Source: a virus
Virus genome (UHGV): UHGV-2012089
DNA: 52,314 nucleotides
Reading direction: 5' to 3' (one strand)
This document shows, piece after piece, positions 44,551 to 52,314 of this stretch. The notes under the pieces are model-generated. The model was not told the DNA's origin. It searched no databases and saw only the letters and a program-made list of their open reading frames with translations. The translations under genes and the position numbers were made by a program. Every line of letters begins with the position of its first letter. Position 1 is the stretch's first letter.

Positions 44551-44763
44551 ATGTTAAATGGGAAAGGAAGTAACTATAGCTATGTAATAGTACAAACAGA
44601 AACCAAGTTCCGTGACTTGTTTGGAACAGCAGAACTTAATGAAGCAAGAAAGAATTATAGAACAAAAAGCACACATAGGTTAGGTTTAGGTTATATAAAA
44701 TACCTTGAAGCATTAACAAAACAAAAACTAAAAGAACAGGATGGAGAAACAGATGAAGATTGA
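44551..44763 (+). CDS. hypothetical small protein
   Basis: RBS aatggaggt. Confidence 0.4.
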   Translation: MLNGKGSNYSYVIVQTETKFRDLFGTAELNEARKNYRTKSTHRLGLGYIKYLEALTKQKLKEQDGETDED

Positions 44764-44929
44764 AAAAGAATATGATGTACAGGAGTTTGCAAACAAAGTA
44801 AAAGAAAAAATTGAAAAGTGTAGAAATTGTGGAACAAAGCATGTTGGTATTGATATCATAACGGCACAAGAGATTGTAGATGTTTTGGAAGTGGTAGCAA
44901 GCTGGGAAAAGGATAAAACAAATGAATAA
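44741..44929 (+). CDS. hypothetical small protein
   Basis: coupled ORF. Confidence 0.35.
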   Translation: MEKQMKIEKEYDVQEFANKVKEKIEKCRNCGTKHVGIDIITAQEIVDVLEVVASWEKDKTNE

Positions 44930-45608
44930 ACGTAGTACAAAGTGGTATAGAAAGAATGAAGCAGATGTAATGCACAGGCTAGGTTTAAAACCTACAAGAA
45001 ACAGTGGTGCTGGATGGATAGAGAAATGTGATGGAGAGAACGAGAATTTTCTTTGTGAGCTTAAAAGCACAGACCATGAAAGTTTTAGCATTAAGCAAAG
45101 TGTACTTCATGTATTAGAGCATCATGCTTTAGAAGCACATAAGATACCTTTATTTGCCTTTCAGTTCATTAATAGGGATGAAGTATGGGTTGCAATAAAA
45201 GAAGAGGATATACAGGCATATAGGGAGCTTATAGAGCGTGATGTAATAAATAAGCTTTCAGAAGAGGATGAACAATTCTTAAAAAAGTATAAAATCTGCA
45301 AAAAAGGTATTGACAACAAAAGTGAAGAAGAGTATTATAAGGGGGAGAAAGAAAGAGGGGGTTCTGAAGCTGTTAGCTTCATGCCCAACACAGATAAGTT
45401 AAACAACTTAGATTCTAACTCAAACAGAAATAGTAATACAAAACAAAGTATTAATGTTATAGATGTTAATAAAGTAAAACATAACATAAATGCTAGAAAT
45501 AACTATTTCAAACAAAAAGAACAGGAAAGAAGAAAACAAGAACAGAAGTTTAGAACAGAAAGGAGAAAAACAAAACAGTGGAAAGAAAGTTACAACAAAA
45601 AGGGATAG
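44922..45608 (+). CDS. putative PD-(D/E)xK-type nuclease with basic C-terminal tail
   Basis: EADVMHRLGLKPTRNSGAGW...CELKSTDHESFSIK core pattern. Confidence 0.35.
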   Translation: MNKRSTKWYRKNEADVMHRLGLKPTRNSGAGWIEKCDGENENFLCELKSTDHESFSIKQSVLHVLEHHALEAHKIPLFAFQFINRDEVWVAIKEEDIQAYRELIERDVINKLSEEDEQFLKKYKICKKGIDNKSEEEYYKGEKERGGSEAVSFMPNTDKLNNLDSNSNRNSNTKQSINVIDVNKVKHNINARNNYFKQKEQERRKQEQKFRTERRKTKQWKESYNKKG

Positions 45609-45964
45609 CAACTTTTGAGGGTTTAACTATTGGGAAAAACAAAACAGTACAGGTTAAGTTTAAACTCCGATATGATGAAATCTTAACAAGTGTAGAGTTA
45701 TTACAGGGATTAAACAATGATATTACTTTACATGCAAAAGGAGCTACAAGCAGAGCAGTAAATTTAGGTATGTTCACAATTGGAGCAATTAACTTTGACA
45801 AAGATGGGAATGCAACAATCCCATTTAAGTCACTTGTGGAAAATGTAAACTTAGATAACATTTGTTCATTGGTGGATGAAGAATATATCATGCTTAAGTT
45901 TATGGCAGTATTAGAACTTCCAGACAACGGAGAAGAGGGAGGTGGAGAAGAATGGGAAGATTAA
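45578..45964 (+). CDS. hypothetical protein with acidic W-containing C-terminus (possible SSB-like)
   Basis: ends GEEGGGEEWED; GTG start. Confidence 0.3.
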   Translation: MERKLQQKGIATFEGLTIGKNKTVQVKFKLRYDEILTSVELLQGLNNDITLHAKGATSRAVNLGMFTIGAINFDKDGNATIPFKSLVENVNLDNICSLVDEEYIMLKFMAVLELPDNGEEGGGEEWED

Positions 45965-46245
45965 CATTTCGAGAACTTTCCTCAAGACGTTTTAAGGACA
46001 GAAGAAATGTTGTTATTTCAGAAGCATACAACAGTGAAACAAACAAAGTAGGTTATAGTGTTGCAGAACAGCTTGTAACAGAAGAAGATGGAAAAGAAAC
46101 AAAGGTATTCCTTAAAGGAAGTTTAGGAATCCTTGATGAAGATGGTTTAATTGCTTTAGCAGATTGTGTTCTTGAAGCATGTGAAGCTGTTGGGCTTGTA
46201 GAACATGCAGAACCATGTGAATGCTGTGAAGAAGAAAGTAAATAA
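45952..46245 (+). CDS. hypothetical acidic protein
   Basis: 97 aa. Confidence 0.4.
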   Translation: MGRLTFRELSSRRFKDRRNVVISEAYNSETNKVGYSVAEQLVTEEDGKETKVFLKGSLGILDEDGLIALADCVLEACEAVGLVEHAEPCECCEEESK

Positions 46246-46273
46246 ATTAATGTTTTATTTTATCAAATAACTA

Positions 46274-46302
46274 TTGACAAAAACAAAAACATATGTTAAT
46301 AT
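46274..46302 (+). promoter_or_regulatory. sigma70-like promoter with extended -10
   Basis: ttgaca, 17 nt spacer, tgttaatat. Confidence 0.45.
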
Positions 46303-46376
46303 TTAAGAGTAAACAAATAAAGCAGATTCAAGAAACAAATTAAGAGAACAAAGTAAAAGAAAAAGGAGAATGAAAA

Positions 46377-47069
46377 ATGGCAAAGAATTGGACAGCCTAT
46401 GAAGCGGCAAAGGAAATTATTGAGGGAAAGAACAAAGAAAACATCTGTGAGATTGGTTCACGTTATCCAATGCTTACAAGAGAGGTAGCAGTTGCGGGTG
46501 ATAAGATTCTTGTGATTCTTAAAGCACTTCCAAAGGTAACAGCAAGAGTTCTTGAAACAGGACTTAAAGATGGTGTGGAAGTTGAAACAGAAGTAGAAGA
46601 GGAAACAAAAGAAACCGAAACAGAAGTAGAGGATGATGAACTTGACTACACCGATATGACAAGTGCAAACCTTTACAAGATGTGTTGTGCAAGAGGAATC
46701 TCTTCTAAGTGTAAATCAAGAAAGAAAGATGCATTGATTGAACTTCTTGAAAAGTTCGATAGAGGTGAACTTGATGAGGAAGAGTCTAAGAAAGAAGCAA
46801 AGAAAGATAAAGCAACATCTAAGAAACAGGCTAAGAAAGAAGAAGAGCCAGTTGACGAAGATGATGATTGGGATACAGAGGATGATGAAGAGAAAGACCC
46901 GTATGAGGGAAAAACAGCAATGGAGCTTTTCAAAATGTGTAAAGAACGTGGCATCAAAGCAAAAACAAAGATGAAAGCAGATGCCTATGTAAAACTTCTG
47001 AAAGCCGCTGATGCAGAGTCCGAAGCAGAAGAAGCAGAGGATGACGAAGATGATGATTGGGAAATCTAA
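46377..47069 (+). CDS. acidic protein with two Rho_N/SAP-like HeH motifs and DDDW tails
   Basis: SANLYKMCCARGISSKCKSRKKDALIELL and AMELFKMCKERGIKAKTKMKADAYVKLL, each followed by D/E runs containing W. Confidence 0.5.
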   Translation: MAKNWTAYEAAKEIIEGKNKENICEIGSRYPMLTREVAVAGDKILVILKALPKVTARVLETGLKDGVEVETEVEEETKETETEVEDDELDYTDMTSANLYKMCCARGISSKCKSRKKDALIELLEKFDRGELDEEESKKEAKKDKATSKKQAKKEEEPVDEDDDWDTEDDEEKDPYEGKTAMELFKMCKERGIKAKTKMKADAYVKLLKAADAESEAEEAEDDEDDDWEI

Positions 47070-47106
47070 AACAAATAAATAAAACAAACGTTGCATAGAT
47101 GTTGAT

Positions 47107-47149
47107 AAAAGGCAGGAGGTAGGAAGTGTTCTATTTCTTGCCTTTTTTT
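47107..47149 (+). terminator. terminator-like stem-loop
   Basis: aaaaggcagg...cttgcctttt then ttta. Confidence 0.35.
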
Positions 47150-47168
47150 AATTAAGAGGAATAAAACA

Positions 47169-47564
47169 ATGAAAACAGAAGAGATTTTAAACTTAGATTG
47201 CACAAAACAGGAGAACATAAAAACATTAAATAATTTTCTTTGGAAAGTAAAACCAGTTGCAAAGATGCTTGAAAAACAAAACTATACAAAAATAGAGATT
47301 GCACCACTTGAAATATTAGAAAAAGCAATGCAAGGAATTTGCATAAGATATAACTACAGAACACAGAGTTTTATGCCATACTATGAACAGCTTAATGAAA
47401 CAAGAAAGTTTGTATTTTATTCATGTTCATGTGTAAAAGTAAGGGAAACGCATGATTGGATTGGAACAGTGTATGGTAAGACATTGTGGGAGTTAGTTGC
47501 AAAGATTATTGTGAAATTATATGCAGACATTAAAGCAGATGTAAAGAAAGGAACAACTGAATGA
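47169..47564 (+). CDS. hypothetical protein (131 aa)
   Basis: RBS aagagg. Confidence 0.45.
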   Translation: MKTEEILNLDCTKQENIKTLNNFLWKVKPVAKMLEKQNYTKIEIAPLEILEKAMQGICIRYNYRTQSFMPYYEQLNETRKFVFYSCSCVKVRETHDWIGTVYGKTLWELVAKIIVKLYADIKADVKKGTTE

Positions 47565-48028
47565 AAGAATTGATATTTTATACAGATGGTGCTTGTAGTG
47601 GAAACCCTGGTATAGGTGGATGGAGTTATGTGGAACTTGTAAAATGTGACAGCGGATTCAAAACAAGTGTAACAAAAGGGAACAAACGAAACACAACAAA
47701 CAATGAAATGGAATTAACAGCAGTATATATGGCATTAGTAAAAGCCTTTAAGAGTAAAGCAAAAAAGGTGACAGTGTATTGTGACAGTGCGTATGTTGTG
47801 AATGCTATAATAAAAGGGTGGCTTTTAAACTGGTATAAAAATGGATGGAAAACCAAAGAAGATAAACCAGTGAAGAACAAACATATATGGGAAAAGATGT
47901 TCAAACTTGTGTATGAAAAGAAAATGGTGATAAACATGGTACACATAAAAGGACATAATGGAGACCCACTAAACGAGCTTGCAGATAGAAGTGCAGTAGA
48001 AGCAAAGCAAGAGTTATCGGAGGATTAA
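47561..48028 (+). CDS. rnhA: ribonuclease HI
   Basis: FYTDGACSGNPGIGGW, NNEMELTAV, VYCDSAYVVNAI, KGHNGDPLNELADRSA. Confidence 0.8.
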   Translation: MKELIFYTDGACSGNPGIGGWSYVELVKCDSGFKTSVTKGNKRNTTNNEMELTAVYMALVKAFKSKAKKVTVYCDSAYVVNAIIKGWLLNWYKNGWKTKEDKPVKNKHIWEKMFKLVYEKKMVINMVHIKGHNGDPLNELADRSAVEAKQELSED

Positions 48029-48032
48029 AGCC

Positions 48033-48413
48033 ATGTTAATAGCAGAAAAGATTATTAGTAAAGAGTTCAAAGCTAAAACAATGAAACAGGCATACCTTGA
48101 ATGTTGTAAATGGATATCATCAAACATTATAGCAAAGAATAATTCCAAAAACATAAGCTACAATATAAAGAAGAATGAAAGTAGTGGAATTGGTTGTGTA
48201 GAATTAGAAGTATATGTCATGGCAGATGAAAAAGAAGTGTTTGAGCATAACTGTGAAATATGTAAAGAGTTTGCCGGAGCGTTTTTTAACAAAGAAAACA
48301 AATACAGATGTGAAGTGTGCAAAACTCCACCATACAGAAAAAGGCTTGAAATAAAATTAGAAACATTAAAAACAGAAATGGGTGAATTTATGAAAGGATT
48401 AAAGAAACTATGA
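48033..48413 (+). CDS. Cys-rich hypothetical protein
   Basis: CEICKEF...CEVCKTP. Confidence 0.4.
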   Translation: MLIAEKIISKEFKAKTMKQAYLECCKWISSNIIAKNNSKNISYNIKKNESSGIGCVELEVYVMADEKEVFEHNCEICKEFAGAFFNKENKYRCEVCKTPPYRKRLEIKLETLKTEMGEFMKGLKKL

Positions 48414-48784
48414 GTAAACTATTTGAGGCAGTAGCAAGTTCGTCAAAGGAAACTATTGTACAGGCTCGTAATTGGCTTGTAGGGCATTTTGAAGAACTTG
48501 TATGTATTATTTATATATTACTCCCATATGCGCTGATAAAAAGCCATATAGGGGCATTAGAAAGCATTGTAATAACATTTGTTGTAGTATTCATATTAAA
48601 CTTTATAACAAAAGTAAAGAGAAAGCTAAAGAACGAAACAAAAGAGGGATTCCCAATATCAGAATACAGGTACACAGTAAAAGATACAGATGGAATAGTA
48701 AGTATTAGGGAGCAGGATACACAGGAAGCAATATTATATTTATGTGATGTAGAGGATTACTTAAGGAGAAAAGGGTTGATATGA
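48410..48784 (+). CDS. membrane protein (two TM helices)
   Basis: hydrophobic LVCIIYILLPYALI and IVITFVVVFILNFI. Confidence 0.4.
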   Translation: MSKLFEAVASSSKETIVQARNWLVGHFEELVCIIYILLPYALIKSHIGALESIVITFVVVFILNFITKVKRKLKNETKEGFPISEYRYTVKDTDGIVSIREQDTQEAILYLCDVEDYLRRKGLI

Positions 48785-48957
48785 TGTTACACAGTCCATG
48801 TAAGAATTGTGGAGAAAGAATATTACATTGCCATGAAAAGTGTGCAAAGTGTTTAGAATATTACAAAGCAAATGAAAAGGCGAAAGCAGAAAGGATAAAA
48901 GCCAAGAAAGAAAGGGATTTACTTTTTAGGCAAAACAAACAAAGGAAACACAAATAA
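48781..48957 (+). CDS. small zinc-binding protein (58 aa)
   Basis: CKNCGE...HCHEKCAKC; below the ORF-track cutoff. Confidence 0.3.
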   Translation: MMLHSPCKNCGERILHCHEKCAKCLEYYKANEKAKAERIKAKKERDLLFRQNKQRKHK

Positions 48958-49003
48958 AAGCAAAATAAATTAAATTTTACTTGCTTATTTTGTTAAATAA
49001 TTG

Positions 49004-49032
49004 TTGACAAATAGATAGTAACATGCTATAAT
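49004..49032 (+). promoter_or_regulatory. sigma70-like promoter with extended -10 (TGcTATAAT), followed by a ~290 nt leader
   Basis: ttgaca 49004-09, 17 nt spacer, tataat 49027-32. Confidence 0.5.
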
Positions 49033-49329
49033 AAAATGGAACTAAGGAAATGTTTTAGGATAGAAACATATAAGTAACAGCCATAAATGTTAGCCAAAAT
49101 ATAAATAGATAAAAACAGTGGATGTATAAAATAAAACAATAAAAAGCCATGTTTGTACTTATAAAATAATTTCGTTCGTATACATAAACCTCGTACACTT
49201 GTATAGTTTTATATGTTCACTGTTTTTATATAAAAGAAATATCGGTGAGGGAGAAGCGAAACAAAGCATTCTTCCTTGCCTTATTTGATATTATGGAACA
49301 AAAAGTAAAAGGAGTGTGAACAGAAACAA

Positions 49330-49854
49330 ATGGCAACAAATAAGAAGTCTCCAAAAGTATTGCGTAATGGAGTAGAAAACTTAATTCCAATGAATGAGAG
49401 AACACCGGAAGAAAGAAAAAGGATTGGACAGTTAGGTGTTGAAGCAAGAAAAAAGAAACGTGATGAAAAAATGGCATTACAGCAAGCTATGAAAGCATTA
49501 CTAACAATGGATATACCAACACAAAAACAAAAACAAGTTTTAATGCATATGGGTTTCAAAAGTGGCGAACTAACAAACCAAAACTTATTAATGGTAGCAC
49601 TATTCAAAAAAGGTTTAACTGGTGATGTGGGAGCAATCAAAGAAATCGTATCAATGATGGATAAGTTAGATATGTTCAAACAAACAGGTAAAGTACAGAA
49701 TGAAGTAACAATCAACCTAATAACACAGGGTGATGTATATGAACCAAACAAACAGGATGATGAAGAAATATGGGATGCAGAAAATGGAACAGATTGGCTT
49801 GAAGAAGAAAGTGAAGATGAAGAATGGGGAAATGAAGTGTACAGTGGTAAATAA
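49330..49854 (+). CDS. DNA-binding protein, possible small terminase-like or regulatory protein; acidic C-terminus
   Basis: PEERKRIGQLGVEARKKKRDEK basic helix; resemblance to small-terminase-type proteins of Firmicute phages is weak. Confidence 0.3.
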   Translation: MATNKKSPKVLRNGVENLIPMNERTPEERKRIGQLGVEARKKKRDEKMALQQAMKALLTMDIPTQKQKQVLMHMGFKSGELTNQNLLMVALFKKGLTGDVGAIKEIVSMMDKLDMFKQTGKVQNEVTINLITQGDVYEPNKQDDEEIWDAENGTDWLEEESEDEEWGNEVYSGK

Positions 49855-49942
49855 GCCTATATAAGCGTTTTAAACCATTAACTCTATAAAGTATAAGCAT
49901 ATATAAATAAAATGGATAGAAAAGGCAGATAGGAGGTTTAGA

Positions 49943-50218
49943 ATGGGTATTGCTAATAAAACATATTTAAAAGCAAAAGAAGAATTAGAAGAGCTAGAAA
50001 AACTAAATATGCAAATGGATGAAGAAAAACAAAGCAAGTATCTAGTAATATATACAAAACTAGATGATTTCGGTAAGGAAACAGAACAAACAAATAAAAC
50101 ACTATGCTATGCAGAAAACATACATGAAGCAAAACATAAAAGTGTAATGTTACTATCATTAAAAAATTGTAAGGTTAAAAGCGTAAAATACATGGGTAAG
50201 CTACTAAGCTATATGTAA
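49943..50218 (+). CDS. hypothetical protein (91 aa)
   Basis: RBS ataggagg. Confidence 0.45.
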   Translation: MGIANKTYLKAKEELEELEKLNMQMDEEKQSKYLVIYTKLDDFGKETEQTNKTLCYAENIHEAKHKSVMLLSLKNCKVKSVKYMGKLLSYM

Positions 50219-50294
50219 GTTAGGAGTAAAACAAATGTGAAAACAAAACAAACTATTAAAAGAACAGGCAGAACATTTTGGAATAGAAAACAGA

Positions 50295-50540
50295 ATGCTA
50301 CAATGTACAGAAGAACTAAGTGAATTAATACAAGCACTAAGTAAATACAGAAGAGTAGAACAAGGCGATAAAACATGTATGTTAATAAAAAAAGATGTAG
50401 TGCATATGGTAGCAGAAGAAATAGCAGATGTAGAAATATGTATAGAACAATTAAAGTACCTGTTATGCAACAAAGAACAAGTAGAAAGAATAAAAAAGCA
50501 GAAAATAAAAAGAACATGGAATAGGTTAAAAGGTATATAA
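50295..50540 (+). CDS. MazG-like nucleotide pyrophosphohydrolase domain protein
   Basis: TEELSELIQA...EEIADVEICIEQL; the frame is open from 50241 upstream of the first ATG. Confidence 0.4.
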   Translation: MLQCTEELSELIQALSKYRRVEQGDKTCMLIKKDVVHMVAEEIADVEICIEQLKYLLCNKEQVERIKKQKIKRTWNRLKGI

Positions 50541-50694
50541 GTATATACTATATATAATAAAAACACAGAACACCATGTGCATAATAAAAAGCTGTATAGT
50601 AAAACATAGAACAAACACAAAACAGAACAAAGGCAAGCATAACAAAGAAGTATAGAACATATATATAATAAAACAATAGAAAGGATAGAAGAAC

Positions 50695-51435
50695 ATGGAA
50701 GAACTAAACATTGTTTATAAACCAATAAAAGAACTAAAACCATATAAGAAGAACGCAAAGAAACATAGTAAAGAACAAGTAGAACAAATAGCAAACAGTA
50801 TTAAAGAGTTTGGTTTTACACAGCCAGTAATAATAGACAAACATAACAGTGTAGTAGCTGGACATGGTAGAATACTGGGAGCAAAGAAAGCAGGGTTAAA
50901 ACAAGTACCAACAGTTTGTTTGGAAGATTTAACAGAAGAACAAATAAAAGCATACAGGCTAGTAGATAACAAATTGAATGAAAGCGAATGGGATGATGTT
51001 TTATTAGCACAGGAACTCGAGGAACTTGACAAAGAACAAATGAAACTATTTGGTTTTGATTTTGGTGAGTATGTAGAAGAGGAAGAAAAAAAGTATACAA
51101 TGAAAACGAATATTCCGCAGTATGAAATAAAAGGAGAAACACCAAGTATATCAGAACTAGTTGACACTGGTAAAGTAAAAGAACTGCTACATAAAATAAA
51201 GCAAAGTAATGTTTCGGAAGAGGAAAAGAAGTTTTTAAGATATGGTGCTTATAGACATCTATGTTTTAATTACTCCAAGATTGCTGAATATTACGCGAAT
51301 GCAGATAAGGAAATGCAAGAGCTTATGGAAGATAGCGCACTTGTTATTATTGATTTTGAAGATGCTATTGCAAAAGGATATGTAGAAATGAGCGAGCAAG
51401 TGGCGTTGTTAAGAGGTGATAATGATGAAGCATAA
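50695..51435 (+). CDS. ParB-like nuclease (ParB/Srx) domain protein
   Basis: IKELKPYKKNAKKHS...GFTQPVIIDKHNSVVAGHGRILGAK. Confidence 0.5.
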   Translation: MEELNIVYKPIKELKPYKKNAKKHSKEQVEQIANSIKEFGFTQPVIIDKHNSVVAGHGRILGAKKAGLKQVPTVCLEDLTEEQIKAYRLVDNKLNESEWDDVLLAQELEELDKEQMKLFGFDFGEYVEEEEKKYTMKTNIPQYEIKGETPSISELVDTGKVKELLHKIKQSNVSEEEKKFLRYGAYRHLCFNYSKIAEYYANADKEMQELMEDSALVIIDFEDAIAKGYVEMSEQVALLRGDNDEA

Positions 51436-52285
51436 AAGTTTTGTTGTTTTTATCTTGACACATGGTAGGGCGAGCAACGTTAAAACATTAAAGACATTGA
51501 AAAAAGCTGGATATACTGGAAAGGTTGTCCTTGTTATAGATGATGAAGATGAGATGGAAGAAGATTACAAAAGAATTTACGGTAAAAACAATGTCTATAT
51601 TTTTAATAAAGCGGAAGCAATGAAACAATGCGATACGATTGACAATTTTGAAAAACATAATATTGTTTTGTATGCACGCAATAAGTGTTGGGATATAGCT
51701 AAAGAATTAGATTATGATTATTTTTTAGTGCTGGATGATGACTATACACAAATAGCTTTTAAGGTTGTTTTGGAAAATAAGTTTAAGAACATTAAGGTTA
51801 AAAATGCAGATACGTTGTTTGATATAATGCTTGATTATCTTGATATAACAGGCGCATACACGATTGCTTTTGCACAAGGTGGGGATTTTATTGGAGGCAA
51901 GGATAATAAGCGGTATTACGAGAAAATATTGCGTAAGGCAATGAATAGTTTTTTCTGTAAAACAAATAGACCGTTTAAGTTTTTAGGAACGATAAACGAA
52001 GATACAAATGCGTACTGTCTGTACGGAACACAAGGAAAACTGTTTTTAACCTATACAGATGTTGTTATTGAGCAGATGCAAACACAGAAAAATAAAAAAG
52101 GATTAACTGATATATATTTAGACCTTGGAACATATGTTAAAAGCTTTTACAGTGTTATATGTTGTCCTAGTTGTGTAACAGTAAGTATGATGGGTGGAAC
52201 AAAGAAAACAATGCGTTTACATCATAATGTTTCATGGAATAATTGCACACCTAAAATAATATCAGACAAGTATAAGAAGATTTAA
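51422..52285 (+). CDS. GT-A-fold glycosyltransferase-like protein
   Basis: N-terminal FVVFILTHGRAS resembles GT2 IIPTYNRA; DxD motif in FLVLDDDY. Confidence 0.4.
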   Translation: MMKHKSFVVFILTHGRASNVKTLKTLKKAGYTGKVVLVIDDEDEMEEDYKRIYGKNNVYIFNKAEAMKQCDTIDNFEKHNIVLYARNKCWDIAKELDYDYFLVLDDDYTQIAFKVVLENKFKNIKVKNADTLFDIMLDYLDITGAYTIAFAQGGDFIGGKDNKRYYEKILRKAMNSFFCKTNRPFKFLGTINEDTNAYCLYGTQGKLFLTYTDVVIEQMQTQKNKKGLTDIYLDLGTYVKSFYSVICCPSCVTVSMMGGTKKTMRLHHNVSWNNCTPKIISDKYKKI

Positions 52286-52310
52286 GCACTCATTTTAGGG
52301 TGCTTATTTT
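52284..52310 (+). terminator. Rho-independent terminator
   Basis: aagcac-tcatttta-gggtgctt then atttta. Confidence 0.5.
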
Positions 52311-52314
52311 ATTA

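Overview
The window reads as a near-complete genome segment of a tailed dsDNA phage (siphovirus-like) of a low-GC Gram-positive host. Overall base composition is AT-rich and several proteins look Firmicute-type, with the holin and the tail-fiber repeats suggesting Clostridia. Every convincing gene is on the + strand. No integrase or repressor was recognised, so the phage looks virulent or lysogeny-defective.

Gene order:
- 1-2000: short early genes, each behind its own sigma70-like promoter, plus two tRNAs (Gln-TTG and a CAT-anticodon Met/Ile2).
- 2141-3499: terminase large subunit.
- 4138-7952: two large paralogous proteins with C-terminal SGNH/GDSL esterase domains.
- 8034-9553: a lysis cassette (TM coiled-coil protein, LL-H-type holin, NlpC/P60-type endolysin), unusually placed between terminase and portal.
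- 9688-25300: portal, head morphogenesis, scaffold, decoration-like protein, lambda-E-like major capsid, connectors, major tail, a tail chaperone with a +1-frame extension, tape measure, Dit, Tal, tail fiber and a receptor-binding protein with Listeria-Bacteroides-type repeats.
- 25.3-28.6 kb: a block of terminator-separated genes of unknown function, including a sigma region-4-like regulator.
- 28.7-52.3 kb: a long replication, recombination and nucleotide-metabolism region.

The replication region holds a DnaG-like primase, a gp32-like zinc SSB with acidic tail, and a PHP-domain Pol III alpha (DnaE-like) gene. That polymerase gene is split by an ~824-nt group I intron carrying an HNH homing endonuclease. 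It also holds RecA-like, Cas4-like and RuvC-like proteins, RNase H, two methyltransferase-like remnants or pseudoenzymes, a ParB-like nuclease-domain protein next to a GT-A glycosyltransferase, and many small Cys-rich or zinc-ribbon proteins.

The early/middle promoters form a recognisable family (TTGACA, 17 bp spacer, TATAAT, often with an extended -10). A subset carry a conserved CAAGTTAA[AG]G box just downstream of the -10.
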